Counted from the first letter of the whole stretch, positions 31,126 to 40,558 are shown. The stretch is DNA of 63,824 nt, filler included, from Thermoplasmatota archaeon (GCA_041623215.1; 5 parts of 5 records of this genome joined end to end with filler, not necessarily neighbours in it), one strand, 5' to 3'. Numbers and translations are program-made. The notes: generated by a model from the letters alone, not told the origin.

Positions 31126-34101
31126 GTGCTTCTGAACGTGAGCAACAGTCACCTGTGGTTTCAAGGCGAAGAGCCGCGCCCCATCGAACCCGTGCATCGA
31201 CCTAATCTCCTGGTATTCCCGGGTGCCAACGAGTCCATCGAAGCCGCGCACGAGCGCCTCGGTGGCTTGCTGGCGGACGCCCATGACCGCAGCACGGACG
31301 AAGACCCCCTGGCCAAGGCGCACGGCATGGGGGATCCGTTGGAGTACAAGTCCTTCTGGAACCACGGACAACAGCGTCCCGTAATCCCGGTCGCCGCCAA
31401 GCGCAGCTATTGGGTGCCGGACATCTCGGATTGCCTGTTTCGTGAGCACGGCTTCTACACAGCTGAACACGACATCCCGTACGTTGAGCGCGCCTTGGCC
31501 GACCTCGCGGCCGAAAAGGATTGGTGGCTCCTCGATTCCGGCGGGCGGCCAGCAGAGCTCCGGGTCCTCACGTACGACATTGAGACCACCCAGTATCAGT
31601 CGGGCCGCACAGATGTGCCCGTGGATGTCATTGGGTGGAGTGACTTTCCTGTAAGCTTCGAAAGTCACAAGGACCTAGAGACGGAGGAGATGGATTTCAG
31701 GTTCCGCGATCTTCCTAACGATTGGGCAGATCGCGAGGTCCTTCAATCCGTCGCGCGTAATCTGGATGAGGAGATTGACCACCTCTACACGTTCACTAAG
31801 ATGGCTGTCGGCTATGACCTCACGGCAGGCCATAACGTCCTGGGCTTCGACAATAAGCAAATCAATGACCGCATCCGGAGCATGCTGGCCGACAACCGAC
31901 GTAAGGAGAATTTGGAACCCAGCGTTCACGCGTGGTTCGAAACCTTCACCGGCACCTACAGTCGGCCCGATGCGTCGTTCCACTTTGGCAGCCGCCAAGA
32001 CACCTGCGTCTGGCACCCGGCCACATTGGATACCTATCATGCGGCCCGCAAATTCTACTTCTTCCACGATGATTTCACCCTGAAGGGGCTGGCGCCGTGG
32101 CTTGGCATCAACGTGCCCGACCGCCTCCAATTGGACGCGGACGACATGAAATTGGATGACCCGCGCACCCTGCTCTACAACAAGCAGGATATCCAGGAGC
32201 AAATGGGCATAACGCAACAACTGATTGCCCAGGCGTTGCCACTTTGTTTCACGGTCAACCTGCCACTGCATGAACTCCTGACCGGTGGCAACACGAAGAT
32301 GTGGGACCACATGGCCTTCATCCGGGCGCGGCGGGACCGGCGCATCATGCCGGCGACGTGCCGAGCCCAAGGAATCGCCCACGGCGTTCAGCGACTCATG
32401 GGCGGCGAGCGTTTCCCGAGTCGCGAGGCCATTGCTGAAACGGCGCGCAACATGCCGGCCGCTGAATGGGAAGCTTCGGGCAACAAGGAATTGGCACGCG
32501 TCGTCAAGCAAGGTCCCGAAATGCCGTTCTGGGTCGAACATCCCACAGTCATTGCCCGGCGCGACCCGCCCCCGGGCGCGGACACGCACGGCTATGCCAT
32601 TCCGGGCGGCATGACGCTCAAGCCCGACAGTGATCTTGCGTCGCACTTTGTGCCTTGGTTCCATGTGGTCGCGGCTGACGTTGGCGCCATGTATCCGACG
32701 ATTCTGAAGGCACGCAACTTGACGGCGGACACAGTGCGGCCCGCTCGTGCCGATGCGGGCGAAGCGCCCGATGATTGGCTTTGGCTCTTCGAACTGGACG
32801 ACGACTTTCGCGAATCCGGACTCTACCACGTCCGAAAGCCCGACCCGGAGCGAGAGCCTTTTGCCAAGGACAGAGGCTGGATGATTGGCGTCAAGCGTGC
32901 CCCGCATACTGGCATGGTCAACCTCGCCATGACTGGCGTGCTGGACATGATTCAGAAGGTCAAAGATGCGCGCGCCGCCGCCAAAGAGCGCGATGCGTCC
33001 CCCGATGAAATTCGGCTGCACGACATGACCTATGCTAGCCTCAAGGCGGCTCGTAACGCGGGGACGCACGGCATCTTGGTGGCGGTCAACGTTTCGTGCC
33101 GCCAATTCAACGTCTGGGGTGGCGCCAACATTACAACCGTTGGCCAACAAATTCTCCACGATGCCCTTCTTGACTTCAAGAAGCAAGGTATCCGCGTGGT
33201 TTACGGCGACACGGATGGCATCTATCTCGCGTGCAGTAAGTCAGCGGGCAACCTGCCGCACTTCGCGGCCGGCCTCGAAGCGGACGTCCTGCCCGAGGCG
33301 GACAAATGGATTACCATGCCCGACCAAGCAATCGCCGCGGTCGAGGCTGCCAACAAGAAGTGGCGTCGGCTGTTGGACTACGAGGGCTTCGAGCTGGAAC
33401 CCGAACTCCATGATGCCATGGTGTTTGTCGTGCACAAGAATTACCTCATCTTTGATGCACGAGACGGCGTCATTCGGATGGAGACGAAGGGCAATAATTT
33501 CAAGGGCAGCGACAAGGCCCCCATTGCCCAGAAGATTTTGTCTTCCATCATGACGGAAGCGCTTCGCGACGTGGTCGCCTGGGACGACGAAGAGGACGCT
33601 CGGGAGCGCATGAAGACTGCCATCAAGCGAGCTACCACCAACGCGGTCAAGGGGCTCGACATTACCAAGACGGAGTGGAATGATTTGGTGCTGCGGCAGA
33701 ATGTCCGCCCCGCGAAGGCCTACAAGCCGAACCCCGACGGTTCGCTGCGAAGCCAAGCCGTTCGCGCTGTTGCGCTTGAACAAGTCTTGGGCGAATCGAT
33801 TACGGCCGGCCGGAAAATGCGCTTCGTCGTTTGCCGCGACCCGCTGCCGCTGTACCAGGATGCCGGTGCCCAACAAGAGGCGAAAGACCGCTTGGCTCGG
33901 CAAGGCATGCGGCTGGAAGTCAAATTGCCCAAGAAAGCAGGCATCAAACCAATCGAGTGGATGTGGCCGGCGGACCAAGTCAAGCCCGGCGACGTGGATT
34001 GGTTGTGGTATCGGGAGTTGGTGGAAAACTACGTCAAAGGCGCGTTCGGGTTTGATTCTCTCGAGCTGGCCGTGCAGCGGGATTTGTCGAGTTGGTTCTA
34101 A
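31126..34101 (+). CDS. polB: Family B DNA polymerase, divergent, with 3'-5' exonuclease and PIP box
   Basis: ExoI YDIET, ExoII GHNVLGFD, ExoIII YNKQD, motif A DVGAMYP, motif B KAARNAGTHG, motif C YGDTDG, C-terminal QRDLSSWF. Confidence 0.9.
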   Translation: MLLNVSNSHLWFQGEEPRPIEPVHRPNLLVFPGANESIEAAHERLGGLLADAHDRSTDEDPLAKAHGMGDPLEYKSFWNHGQQRPVIPVAAKRSYWVPDISDCLFREHGFYTAEHDIPYVERALADLAAEKDWWLLDSGGRPAELRVLTYDIETTQYQSGRTDVPVDVIGWSDFPVSFESHKDLETEEMDFRFRDLPNDWADREVLQSVARNLDEEIDHLYTFTKMAVGYDLTAGHNVLGFDNKQINDRIRSMLADNRRKENLEPSVHAWFETFTGTYSRPDASFHFGSRQDTCVWHPATLDTYHAARKFYFFHDDFTLKGLAPWLGINVPDRLQLDADDMKLDDPRTLLYNKQDIQEQMGITQQLIAQALPLCFTVNLPLHELLTGGNTKMWDHMAFIRARRDRRIMPATCRAQGIAHGVQRLMGGERFPSREAIAETARNMPAAEWEASGNKELARVVKQGPEMPFWVEHPTVIARRDPPPGADTHGYAIPGGMTLKPDSDLASHFVPWFHVVAADVGAMYPTILKARNLTADTVRPARADAGEAPDDWLWLFELDDDFRESGLYHVRKPDPEREPFAKDRGWMIGVKRAPHTGMVNLAMTGVLDMIQKVKDARAAAKERDASPDEIRLHDMTYASLKAARNAGTHGILVAVNVSCRQFNVWGGANITTVGQQILHDALLDFKKQGIRVVYGDTDGIYLACSKSAGNLPHFAAGLEADVLPEADKWITMPDQAIAAVEAANKKWRRLLDYEGFELEPELHDAMVFVVHKNYLIFDARDGVIRMETKGNNFKGSDKAPIAQKILSSIMTEALRDVVAWDDEEDARERMKTAIKRATTNAVKGLDITKTEWNDLVLRQNVRPAKAYKPNPDGSLRSQAVRAVALEQVLGESITAGRKMRFVVCRDPLPLYQDAGAQQEAKDRLARQGMRLEVKLPKKAGIKPIEWMWPADQVKPGDVDWLWYRELVENYVKGAFGFDSLELAVQRDLSSWF

Positions 34102-34520
34102 TGTGGCCGTGTCCGGTTTGCGGCTCCCAGTTCAAGAACAAGAATCAGTGGCACTCGTGTGGCAAGTTCACCGTCGAGCAATTCCTGGAGGGCTGTCCCG
34201 ACGGTGGCGTGGCGCTGTATCGTGCCCTGGAAGCCAGTCTCTTGGCCATGCCGGGCGTCGATGTCCGACCGGTCAAGACTCGGATTCTCTTTCGTTGCCA
34301 GGCGTCCTTCGCCAGTGTCGAGAAGGTGGCGGATGGCTGGCTTAGCTTCACGTTTGGGCTAAGGCGCCAAGCTGACCACGCGTTGGTGCGCAAGGCATTC
34401 CTGGAGGACGGTACCATTTGGAGCCATACGGCACGAATCGCGTCGCCCACCGAACTGGATTCCTTGCTGGGCTTGCTGGATGAGGCCCGCACCACGGTCG
34501 GTGGCGGCCAAGCTGCGTAG
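34101..34520 (+). CDS. DUF5655-like protein with N-terminal zinc-binding motif
   Basis: MWPCPVCG..F...NQWHSCG, PVKTRI.F....FA; TAATG overlap with polB. Confidence 0.75.
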   Translation: MWPCPVCGSQFKNKNQWHSCGKFTVEQFLEGCPDGGVALYRALEASLLAMPGVDVRPVKTRILFRCQASFASVEKVADGWLSFTFGLRRQADHALVRKAFLEDGTIWSHTARIASPTELDSLLGLLDEARTTVGGGQAA

Positions 34521-34585
34521 CAGAAACCGCTTGGGGGGCAACGCCGGGCCGGTGCCCTCAAGGCGCGCTCCTGGCTGCCACGATT

Positions 34586-35056
34586 ATGCGCTACTGGCTC
34601 ATGAAGTCGGAACCGAACGTCTACAGTATCCACGATTTGGAGCGTGACCAAAGCACGCATTGGGATGGTGTTCGAAATTACCAGGCACGAAACTTCATGC
34701 GCGACGACATGAAGGTGGGCGACCGCGTGTTGTATTACCACAGCAACGCCGACCCGCCGGGCGTGGCGGGGATTGCTGAAGTCGCCCGGGAGGGCTACGC
34801 TGACCACACGGCATTTGACCCTACAGACAAGCACTTCGATGCCAAGAGTGACCCTGACAATCCGCGTTGGATGATGGTGGACATTCGCCATGTTGAGACC
34901 TTTGGGCAAATCGTGTCCCTTGCGGCACTCAAGGATGACTCGGAGCTCGAGGACATGCTGGTGGTGCAGCGAGGCCAACGGCTCTCGGTGCAGCCCGTGG
35001 AGGCGGCGCATTTTGAGCGCGTCGTGGCCCTGGGCCGGCGGACCGTGGTTCCGTAG
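34586..35056 (+). CDS. EVE domain protein (THYN1-like)
   Basis: MRYWLMKSEP, WDGVRNYQARNFMR, GD...YYHSN, RLSVQPV. Confidence 0.95.
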   Translation: MRYWLMKSEPNVYSIHDLERDQSTHWDGVRNYQARNFMRDDMKVGDRVLYYHSNADPPGVAGIAEVAREGYADHTAFDPTDKHFDAKSDPDNPRWMMVDIRHVETFGQIVSLAALKDDSELEDMLVVQRGQRLSVQPVEAAHFERVVALGRRTVVP

Positions 35057-35096
35057 TACCCGTGGTCTCTTGGTGGCCGGCGCGGCGCTAGCCGAC

Positions 35097-36272
35097 TTAG
35101 GCCATCAAGCCGACACGGTCGTTGATCGCCTCAACGCGGTCCAAGCGCTCCCATGGCAAATCGACGTCGCTGCGCCCAAAGTGGCCGTACGCTGCCGTTG
35201 GCTTGAAGATGGGCTGGCGTAGGCCCAATTGTTCGATGATGTCTCCGGGTGCGAAGCTGAAGTCGGTCCGCAGCAATTCCACGATGGCATCATCGGCGAT
35301 GCGGCCAGTGCCAAACGCATTGACACTGATACTGACGGGCTCTAGGCTCCCGATGCTGTAGGCGACTTGAATCTGGAGGCGCTCGGCGACATTGGCTGCG
35401 ACCAAATTCTTGGCCGCGTAACGCGCGTAGTAGGCAGCGCTTCGGTCCACCTTTGTGCAGTCCTTGCCGCTGAAGGCGCCGCCGCCATGCGGGGCCCACC
35501 CGCCATAGGTGTCAACGATAATCTTTCGGCCGGTGAGGCCGGTGTCAGCGGCCGGACCACCCTTGACGAATTTGCCGGTGTGATTGATGTAGTAATCCGT
35601 GTCGTCGTGCAGCAAGTCAGCCGGCAGAACCGGGCTAATCACGTGTTCGTGGAGGTCTTCCCGAATGGTTTGCGTGGGCACCCCCTCCTCATGCTGGGCG
35701 GCCAAAACGACTGCATCAATGGCCACCGGGGCATCCTGTTCGAAGCGCACGGACACCTGGCTCTTGGTGTCGGGTCGCAGCCATGAGATGGTGCCGTCGC
35801 GGCGGACCTCGGTCATGCGGCGCGTCAGGCCATGGGCCAAGTGAATGGGTAGCGGCATGTGGTTGGTTTCCGGCGTCGCTTGCGCGTACCCGAACATCAT
35901 GCCTTGGTCGCCAGCGCCAATCTTGTGATCAGCGCGCACGGCTGTGCCCATGGCAATATCGGGCGACTGCTCCACGAGCCGCTGCATGAGCTGACAAGTG
36001 GCTCCGTCCATGCCGATATCTTGGCTGGTGTAGCCGATGTCTTGGATGGTCTGGCGCACGATTCCCTCTACGTCCACCTGCTCGAATCCCGCGCTGGTGA
36101 TTTCGCCGGCCACGACGGCCAAGTCGGTTGCCACGAAAGTCTCGCACGCCACGCGGCTGGCAGGGTCCTTGGCTAACATGGCGTCAAGGACGGCGTCGCT
36201 CACGTTGTCCGCCACCTTATCCGGGTGGCCTTCGCTGACTGATTCGCTACTAAACACGAAGGAGCCGGGCAT
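35097..36272 (-). CDS. metK: S-adenosylmethionine synthetase, bacterial/eukaryal type
   Basis: SESVSEGHPDK, GAGDQG, DTGLTGRKIIVDTYGG, GGGAFSGKD, TAAYGHFGR. Confidence 0.96.
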   Translation of the reverse strand: MPGSFVFSSESVSEGHPDKVADNVSDAVLDAMLAKDPASRVACETFVATDLAVVAGEITSAGFEQVDVEGIVRQTIQDIGYTSQDIGMDGATCQLMQRLVEQSPDIAMGTAVRADHKIGAGDQGMMFGYAQATPETNHMPLPIHLAHGLTRRMTEVRRDGTISWLRPDTKSQVSVRFEQDAPVAIDAVVLAAQHEEGVPTQTIREDLHEHVISPVLPADLLHDDTDYYINHTGKFVKGGPAADTGLTGRKIIVDTYGGWAPHGGGAFSGKDCTKVDRSAAYYARYAAKNLVAANVAERLQIQVAYSIGSLEPVSISVNAFGTGRIADDAIVELLRTDFSFAPGDIIEQLGLRQPIFKPTAAYGHFGRSDVDLPWERLDRVEAINDRVGLMA

Positions 36273-36418
36273 TAGGGCGGCGAGTCGGCAACGTCATAAA
36301 AGTGGTCGGGGCAATCTCCCTTCTGTTGTTGATTGGGGCGGCTTGCAGCCCGCGCCCAACGCTTTTTATGGGGCCCCAAGTGGGCCCGTCTGCTCCCTTT
36401 ATGGGGAGGTGCCGCGCC

Positions 36419-37321
36419 ATGACCGATGAGGCGAGTCAAACCACGCAGACCAGCGATGAGAAGCACCAGCCGGATGTCCGCAATTTGCAGGACAAATTCC
36501 ACGGCCTGCTTGACCAACGAAATCACTTCAACGACCTGGCGCGCGAGTCCCACGATGCGCGCAACCTGTTGAATCAGCAACGTAACGAGAAGCGCACGGA
36601 GCTGAATCAGCACAAAGAGAAGCGCGACGCCGCCAACCAAGTCATGCGCGAGCATGTCGAAAAGCGCAACGCGTACCAGGACCAAGCCAAGGCACTGATT
36701 GCCGACAAGCGTGGCAAGCAAGGCAGCATCGAACGCTCCTTGCCGCTCAAGGTCCGGAGCCTCAAAGCGGATATCCAGCGCCTGCTAGAGAAGCAAGAAA
36801 CCTCGGTCATGGACCCAGGCAAGGAAAATGAGTTGGTGGACAACGTCCGCCGCATGCGCAAGGAGCTCAAGGAACTGGAGGGCAAGCTCCAGGGCCAGAA
36901 GCTGGCGGAAGTGGACCTGACGGACACCGACAAGGCCATCGACGACCTATTTGGCAAGGCGGACGAGGAGCACGCCAACGTGGTGGAGCTTCGCAACCAA
37001 TCCAACGAAGCGCACGCGAAGTTTGTTGACTGCATCAAGGAGTTGAAGATCCTCCAGGCAGAAGCGGACGAGAAGCACGCCGGCTTCATTGCTTACAAGA
37101 CCAAGGCTGACGAGATGCACAACAAGGCCATGGAACTACGTGAGCAAGTGTCCTCGATTCGCGGCGAGCAGGCGGCCGACCGTCGGGCCCGCCGCAAGGA
37201 AATCACCGACCTCAACCGTGCGGTGAACCAACGCGTCAACGACCCCAAGGCAATTGAGAAGGCCAAGGAAGAGCAGCTTGAAGCGCTCAAGTCCGGCGGC
37301 AAGATTAGCCTCGGGTTCTAG
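36419..37321 (+). CDS. Archaeal long coiled-coil protein (COG1340-like)
   Basis: All-helical charged heptads, QETSVM.P.KE.ELV, C-terminal KSGGKISL; SD GGGGAGGT. Confidence 0.8.
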   Translation: MTDEASQTTQTSDEKHQPDVRNLQDKFHGLLDQRNHFNDLARESHDARNLLNQQRNEKRTELNQHKEKRDAANQVMREHVEKRNAYQDQAKALIADKRGKQGSIERSLPLKVRSLKADIQRLLEKQETSVMDPGKENELVDNVRRMRKELKELEGKLQGQKLAEVDLTDTDKAIDDLFGKADEEHANVVELRNQSNEAHAKFVDCIKELKILQAEADEKHAGFIAYKTKADEMHNKAMELREQVSSIRGEQAADRRARRKEITDLNRAVNQRVNDPKAIEKAKEEQLEALKSGGKISLGF

Positions 37322-37382
37322 GCGCGTAACCTGCGGGGCAGGCCCTGCGTGGCCAAGTCACTCCGGCACACCACCCATAACG

Positions 37383-37390
37383 GTTAAATC
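37383..37390 (+). promoter_or_regulatory. TATA-like box upstream of the dnaG leader
   Basis: GTTAAATC about 25 nt before the first base of the structured element. Confidence 0.6.
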
Positions 37391-37410
37391 AAAGCACGTC
37401 GCGTGTAGGA

Positions 37411-37572
37411 TTGGAACCGGCACATCTCCGGTACCTGGCACCCGTGTGAGAGGCGGGTGATCCTCACGTTCAACCCTTACAGCGGCTTTGCCGCCATCCG
37501 AACCCGGCGCAGGCAGCGCCACAGCAGACTTGGTGACAGTGGGTCTGCAACCACCGGAAGGGTCGGTTCCAG
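37411..37572 (+). ncRNA. Candidate structured RNA (dnaG 5' leader or standalone ncRNA)
   Basis: Closing helix TGGAACCGGC/GTCGGTTCCA, second helix TCCGGT/ACCGGA, four internal hairpins. Confidence 0.6.
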
Positions 37573-37583
37573 GAAGTGACCTT

Positions 37584-38930
37584 ATGGTCGTCGATCCAGC
37601 AACCACCAAGTACCTCATCAAAGCCAACATCAATGCCGACGGTGTCATCGAGAAACCAGACATCATTGGCGCCATCTTCGGGCAAACGGAAGGCCTCATG
37701 GGCAACGAACTAGACCTCCGGGACCTCCAGAAGTCTGCCCGCATCGGCCGCATCGAAGTGGATATCAGCCAAGCCAAAGGCAAGACTTCGGGCACCATTC
37801 TGTTGCCCTCTGCCATGGACAAGGTCGAATCCGCCATTCTGGCAGCCGGCATTGAGTCCATTGACCGCATCGGCCCCTGCAAGGCCACCATCAAGGTGGA
37901 GAAGGTCGAAGACACGCGCGTTGCCAAGCGCCGACAAGTCATCGACCGCGCCAAGCAACTCTTGGCCAAGATGAACCAGGACGTAGGCCAAGACTCGAGC
38001 CGCATTTCAGACGAAGTGCACGCCGCCGTGCAAGTGGCTGAGGTCCAGAAATACCCTGGCACCAACCTGTGGGCCGGACCCAACGTTGACTCCAGCGAAT
38101 CCATCATCCTTGTCGAAGGTCGCAATGACGTCATCAACATGCTCAAGCACGGCATCAAGAACGCCATTGGCGTCGAAGGTACCAATGTGCCTGATGCCAT
38201 CAAGCAGTTGACTCGGGAGAAGAACACCACGGCCTTCGTCGACGGCGATCGTGGTGGCGAACTCATCGCCCGCGAACTCCTTCAGACTTGCGACCTCGAC
38301 TTCGTTGCACGCGCCCCCCCGACGCGTGAAGTGGAGGAAATCCCCCACAAACTGGTCATGAAGTGCCTCAAGAACAAGCTGACTGCGGAACAATTCGCCA
38401 GCCAGTTCAACATCACTCTGACCAAGAAGGACGACGACGAGGCCCCCGCGCCCGCCAAGAAGGAGCAACCTAAGCGAGGCCGTGGTGGCCGAGGTCGTGG
38501 CCGCAAGGCAGACGACGCCCCCGCCGAGCAAGCAGAGGATGCGGGCAAGGACGATGCAGCGCCTGCCGAGGAGAAATCCCCGCGCGGCGGCCGGGCGGCG
38601 ACCAAGAAGGCAACTCCGAAGAAGGCCGGTGGCGACCCGCGCGCAGTGCTTCGTGAGCAATTGACTGAACTTTCTGGCAGCCTGAAGGCGGTACTGCTCG
38701 ATGACACGGGCAAGCCCATGAAGGAAGGTCTGGCGGTTCGCGAACTAGCTGACACCTTGAAGTCGAGCAAGGATAAGATTGCCAGCGTTGTCTTCGACGG
38801 CGTGATTACGCAACGCCTGCTCGACATCGCCGCCGACAAGGCGATTCCCACCGTCGTAGGTGTCAAGATGGGCAATGTCACCAAGATGCCGGACACGGTC
38901 GAAATCTTGACGCGCGACGACCTCGAATAG
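37584..38930 (+). CDS. dnaG: Archaeal DnaG (exosome-associated, TOPRIM)
   Basis: GVIEKPDIIGAIFGQTEGL, LDLRDLQK..RIGRIEV, VEGRNDV, FVDGDRGG, VFDGVITQRLLD. Confidence 0.96.
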   Translation: MVVDPATTKYLIKANINADGVIEKPDIIGAIFGQTEGLMGNELDLRDLQKSARIGRIEVDISQAKGKTSGTILLPSAMDKVESAILAAGIESIDRIGPCKATIKVEKVEDTRVAKRRQVIDRAKQLLAKMNQDVGQDSSRISDEVHAAVQVAEVQKYPGTNLWAGPNVDSSESIILVEGRNDVINMLKHGIKNAIGVEGTNVPDAIKQLTREKNTTAFVDGDRGGELIARELLQTCDLDFVARAPPTREVEEIPHKLVMKCLKNKLTAEQFASQFNITLTKKDDDEAPAPAKKEQPKRGRGGRGRGRKADDAPAEQAEDAGKDDAAPAEEKSPRGGRAATKKATPKKAGGDPRAVLREQLTELSGSLKAVLLDDTGKPMKEGLAVRELADTLKSSKDKIASVVFDGVITQRLLDIAADKAIPTVVGVKMGNVTKMPDTVEILTRDDLE

Positions 38931-39106
38931 TCTGCGTCCTGCGCGAGCCACCAGCTTTTGCTGGGTGGAAATTTATTCCCCTTCTCCTTCTCCCTCTCGA
39001 CTTGAAACGGCAAACCCGTTAGCGATTTCGTACCCGAAATTGGGTATTCCTTCCTGTGGAGGTTGCCCAAGCGTCTAAATGATGCGGATTGATTCTTCCC
39101 AACGGG

Positions 39107-39466
39107 ATGCACAAAGACGAGCTCTTGCAGCTTCACAGCCTACTGTGTCAGATGAAACGCTTCTTTGAAGACGCGGGCGTGGAAAGCGGCGACGCCTTCG
39201 AAGATTATGTGGAAATGGAGGTCAGTCCTCAACATATCCACAAGTCCAAGACCGACCACAAGCGAGCCGTGTTCCTGTTGGCACAAGGCTTCAGCCAAGT
39301 GGTCATGTCTGGCGACCCCGACCATCGGGATCGCCTGGTGGACCGGTTCTCCAAGTTGGCTGAGCAGCACGATGAATCGAACCGACCCACCAGCAGCAAC
39401 GAACCTCGCATGAGCGCGACGGACGAAGGCTTGCCTGCCTTCGCCATTGCTGCCCTGCGCCGATAG
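39107..39466 (+). CDS. UPF0058 family protein
   Basis: MHKDELLQLH.LL...SPQHIHKSK.DHK.AVFLL. Confidence 0.9.
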   Translation: MHKDELLQLHSLLCQMKRFFEDAGVESGDAFEDYVEMEVSPQHIHKSKTDHKRAVFLLAQGFSQVVMSGDPDHRDRLVDRFSKLAEQHDESNRPTSSNEPRMSATDEGLPAFAIAALRR

Positions 39467-39497
39467 CACTCCGGCCTGGGCAGACGCGTTTACGCCA

Positions 39498-39923
39498 TCA
39501 AACGGGGCGACCTAGCCGAACGGCTGGCGTGCCGTCCTCATAGGGTTCATCGGGGCAGCCTTCAGGCTGGAAACCGAAGCGCCCGTACCAGGAGCGAATG
39601 GAGGGGTCGTCCATGCGGGCTTCCAAGCTCACATGTTTTGCTCCTTCCTTGGTCAGCCGGTCGCAGGCAAGTCCTAGCAGAGCTCCTCCGATGCCCTGGT
39701 GGCGGCGTTCTTCGGCTACTGCCAAGGCGCCGATGTGGCCCTCCAAGTTATCTCGCCTCTCCGCCTGCACAAAGCCAACAATCCGCCCGGCTACAATGTC
39801 GCGTGCGACGAGGATGTCGGCCTGATGCCAGCGGTCGGGCGCGTCGGCCAACCCTAATTCTTGCCGCGCCATGCGATCCACTTCAGCCAAGTCTTCCGCC
39901 TCGGCTGGACGCACACTAAGCAT
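39498..39923 (-). CDS. GNAT family N-acetyltransferase (RimI-like)
   Basis: IVGF, ALAVAEERRHQGIGGALL (motif A), WY.RFGF. Confidence 0.85.
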   Translation of the reverse strand: MLSVRPAEAEDLAEVDRMARQELGLADAPDRWHQADILVARDIVAGRIVGFVQAERRDNLEGHIGALAVAEERRHQGIGGALLGLACDRLTKEGAKHVSLEARMDDPSIRSWYGRFGFQPEGCPDEPYEDGTPAVRLGRPV

Positions 39924-40120
39924 AGCTTGATGTCCGCGCTCAGGGGTCTTGAACGTTTTCCTGGCTCCGGGCTGGGCCGCAACCCGGGCTGGCCGTCCGG
40001 GCCCCCGGCAGCGGCGGCAGCCGGGTCTTTAGGGCAACGGGCGAGTTGGCCTCGGGCATCTTGCACACTTGGCCACTGGAGAAAATCGAGCTCCAGGGGG
40101 GGCGCCAAGGCTGGGGCGGG

Positions 40121-40459
40121 CTAGGCGGAGGGAGTAGGGGCGACAGAGGCCCTATGGCTCGAAACGCTCGGCGCGTCCTCCACGCCCAGGCACGCCTGGT
40201 TAACGAAGAAGTAACACGTGCGGCAGTCACGTAGGCTACAGCGCTCATCGAGCAGGTGCGCGTCCTTGAGCGCCCGTACGGCAAATCGGACCGTCCGGCC
40301 CGGCATGCCAGTTTTTTGCTGCAGGGCGGTGGTGGTCAATGGCCCGTCGTCCCGTACCGCCTCGAAGACCCGGCGCGCCGACGGCGGCAAGGTTAGCCAC
40401 ACACGGGGCTCAACGTGGACCGCCTCGGCCGGAAAATGCAGGTAGTCGTACTCCCGCAT
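40121..40459 (-). CDS. Small archaeal winged-HTH regulator with Cys-rich wing
   Basis: LPPSARRVF....GPLT...L...T.MP.RTVRFAV..L, then CSLRDCRTCY. Confidence 0.8.
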   Translation of the reverse strand: MREYDYLHFPAEAVHVEPRVWLTLPPSARRVFEAVRDDGPLTTTALQQKTGMPGRTVRFAVRALKDAHLLDERCSLRDCRTCYFFVNQACLGVEDAPSVSSHRASVAPTPSA

Positions 40460-40558
40460 GATGCATCCTGGGCGCCCGGTATCTTTAGGGTTTGGGCTGT
40501 GAGCTGGTGGATCGGCCCGCGGGCTGGTGCTAGGCGCCACCGAAGCGCCTAACACGCA

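Noticed and set aside
31126..34101. PolB as part of a casposon, virus or other self-synthesising element
   Set aside because: No cas1, terminal repeats or capsid genes, no protein-primed TPR features seen; it has a cellular PIP box and housekeeping neighbours
37488..37583. ORF-track N-terminal extension of DnaG from TTG 37488
   Set aside because: Family similarity begins at about TTKYLI, and an SD precedes ATG 37584; the region is better explained as structured RNA
39031..39046. Inverted repeat TACCC-N6-GGGTA upstream of the UPF0058 gene
   Set aside because: Single short instance; could be an operator but is not distinguishable from chance here
39940..40120. Very GC-rich intergenic stretch considered as SRP or RNase P RNA
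   Set aside because: Too short, lacks the SRP helix-8 and RNase P P4 signatures, no convincing closing helix
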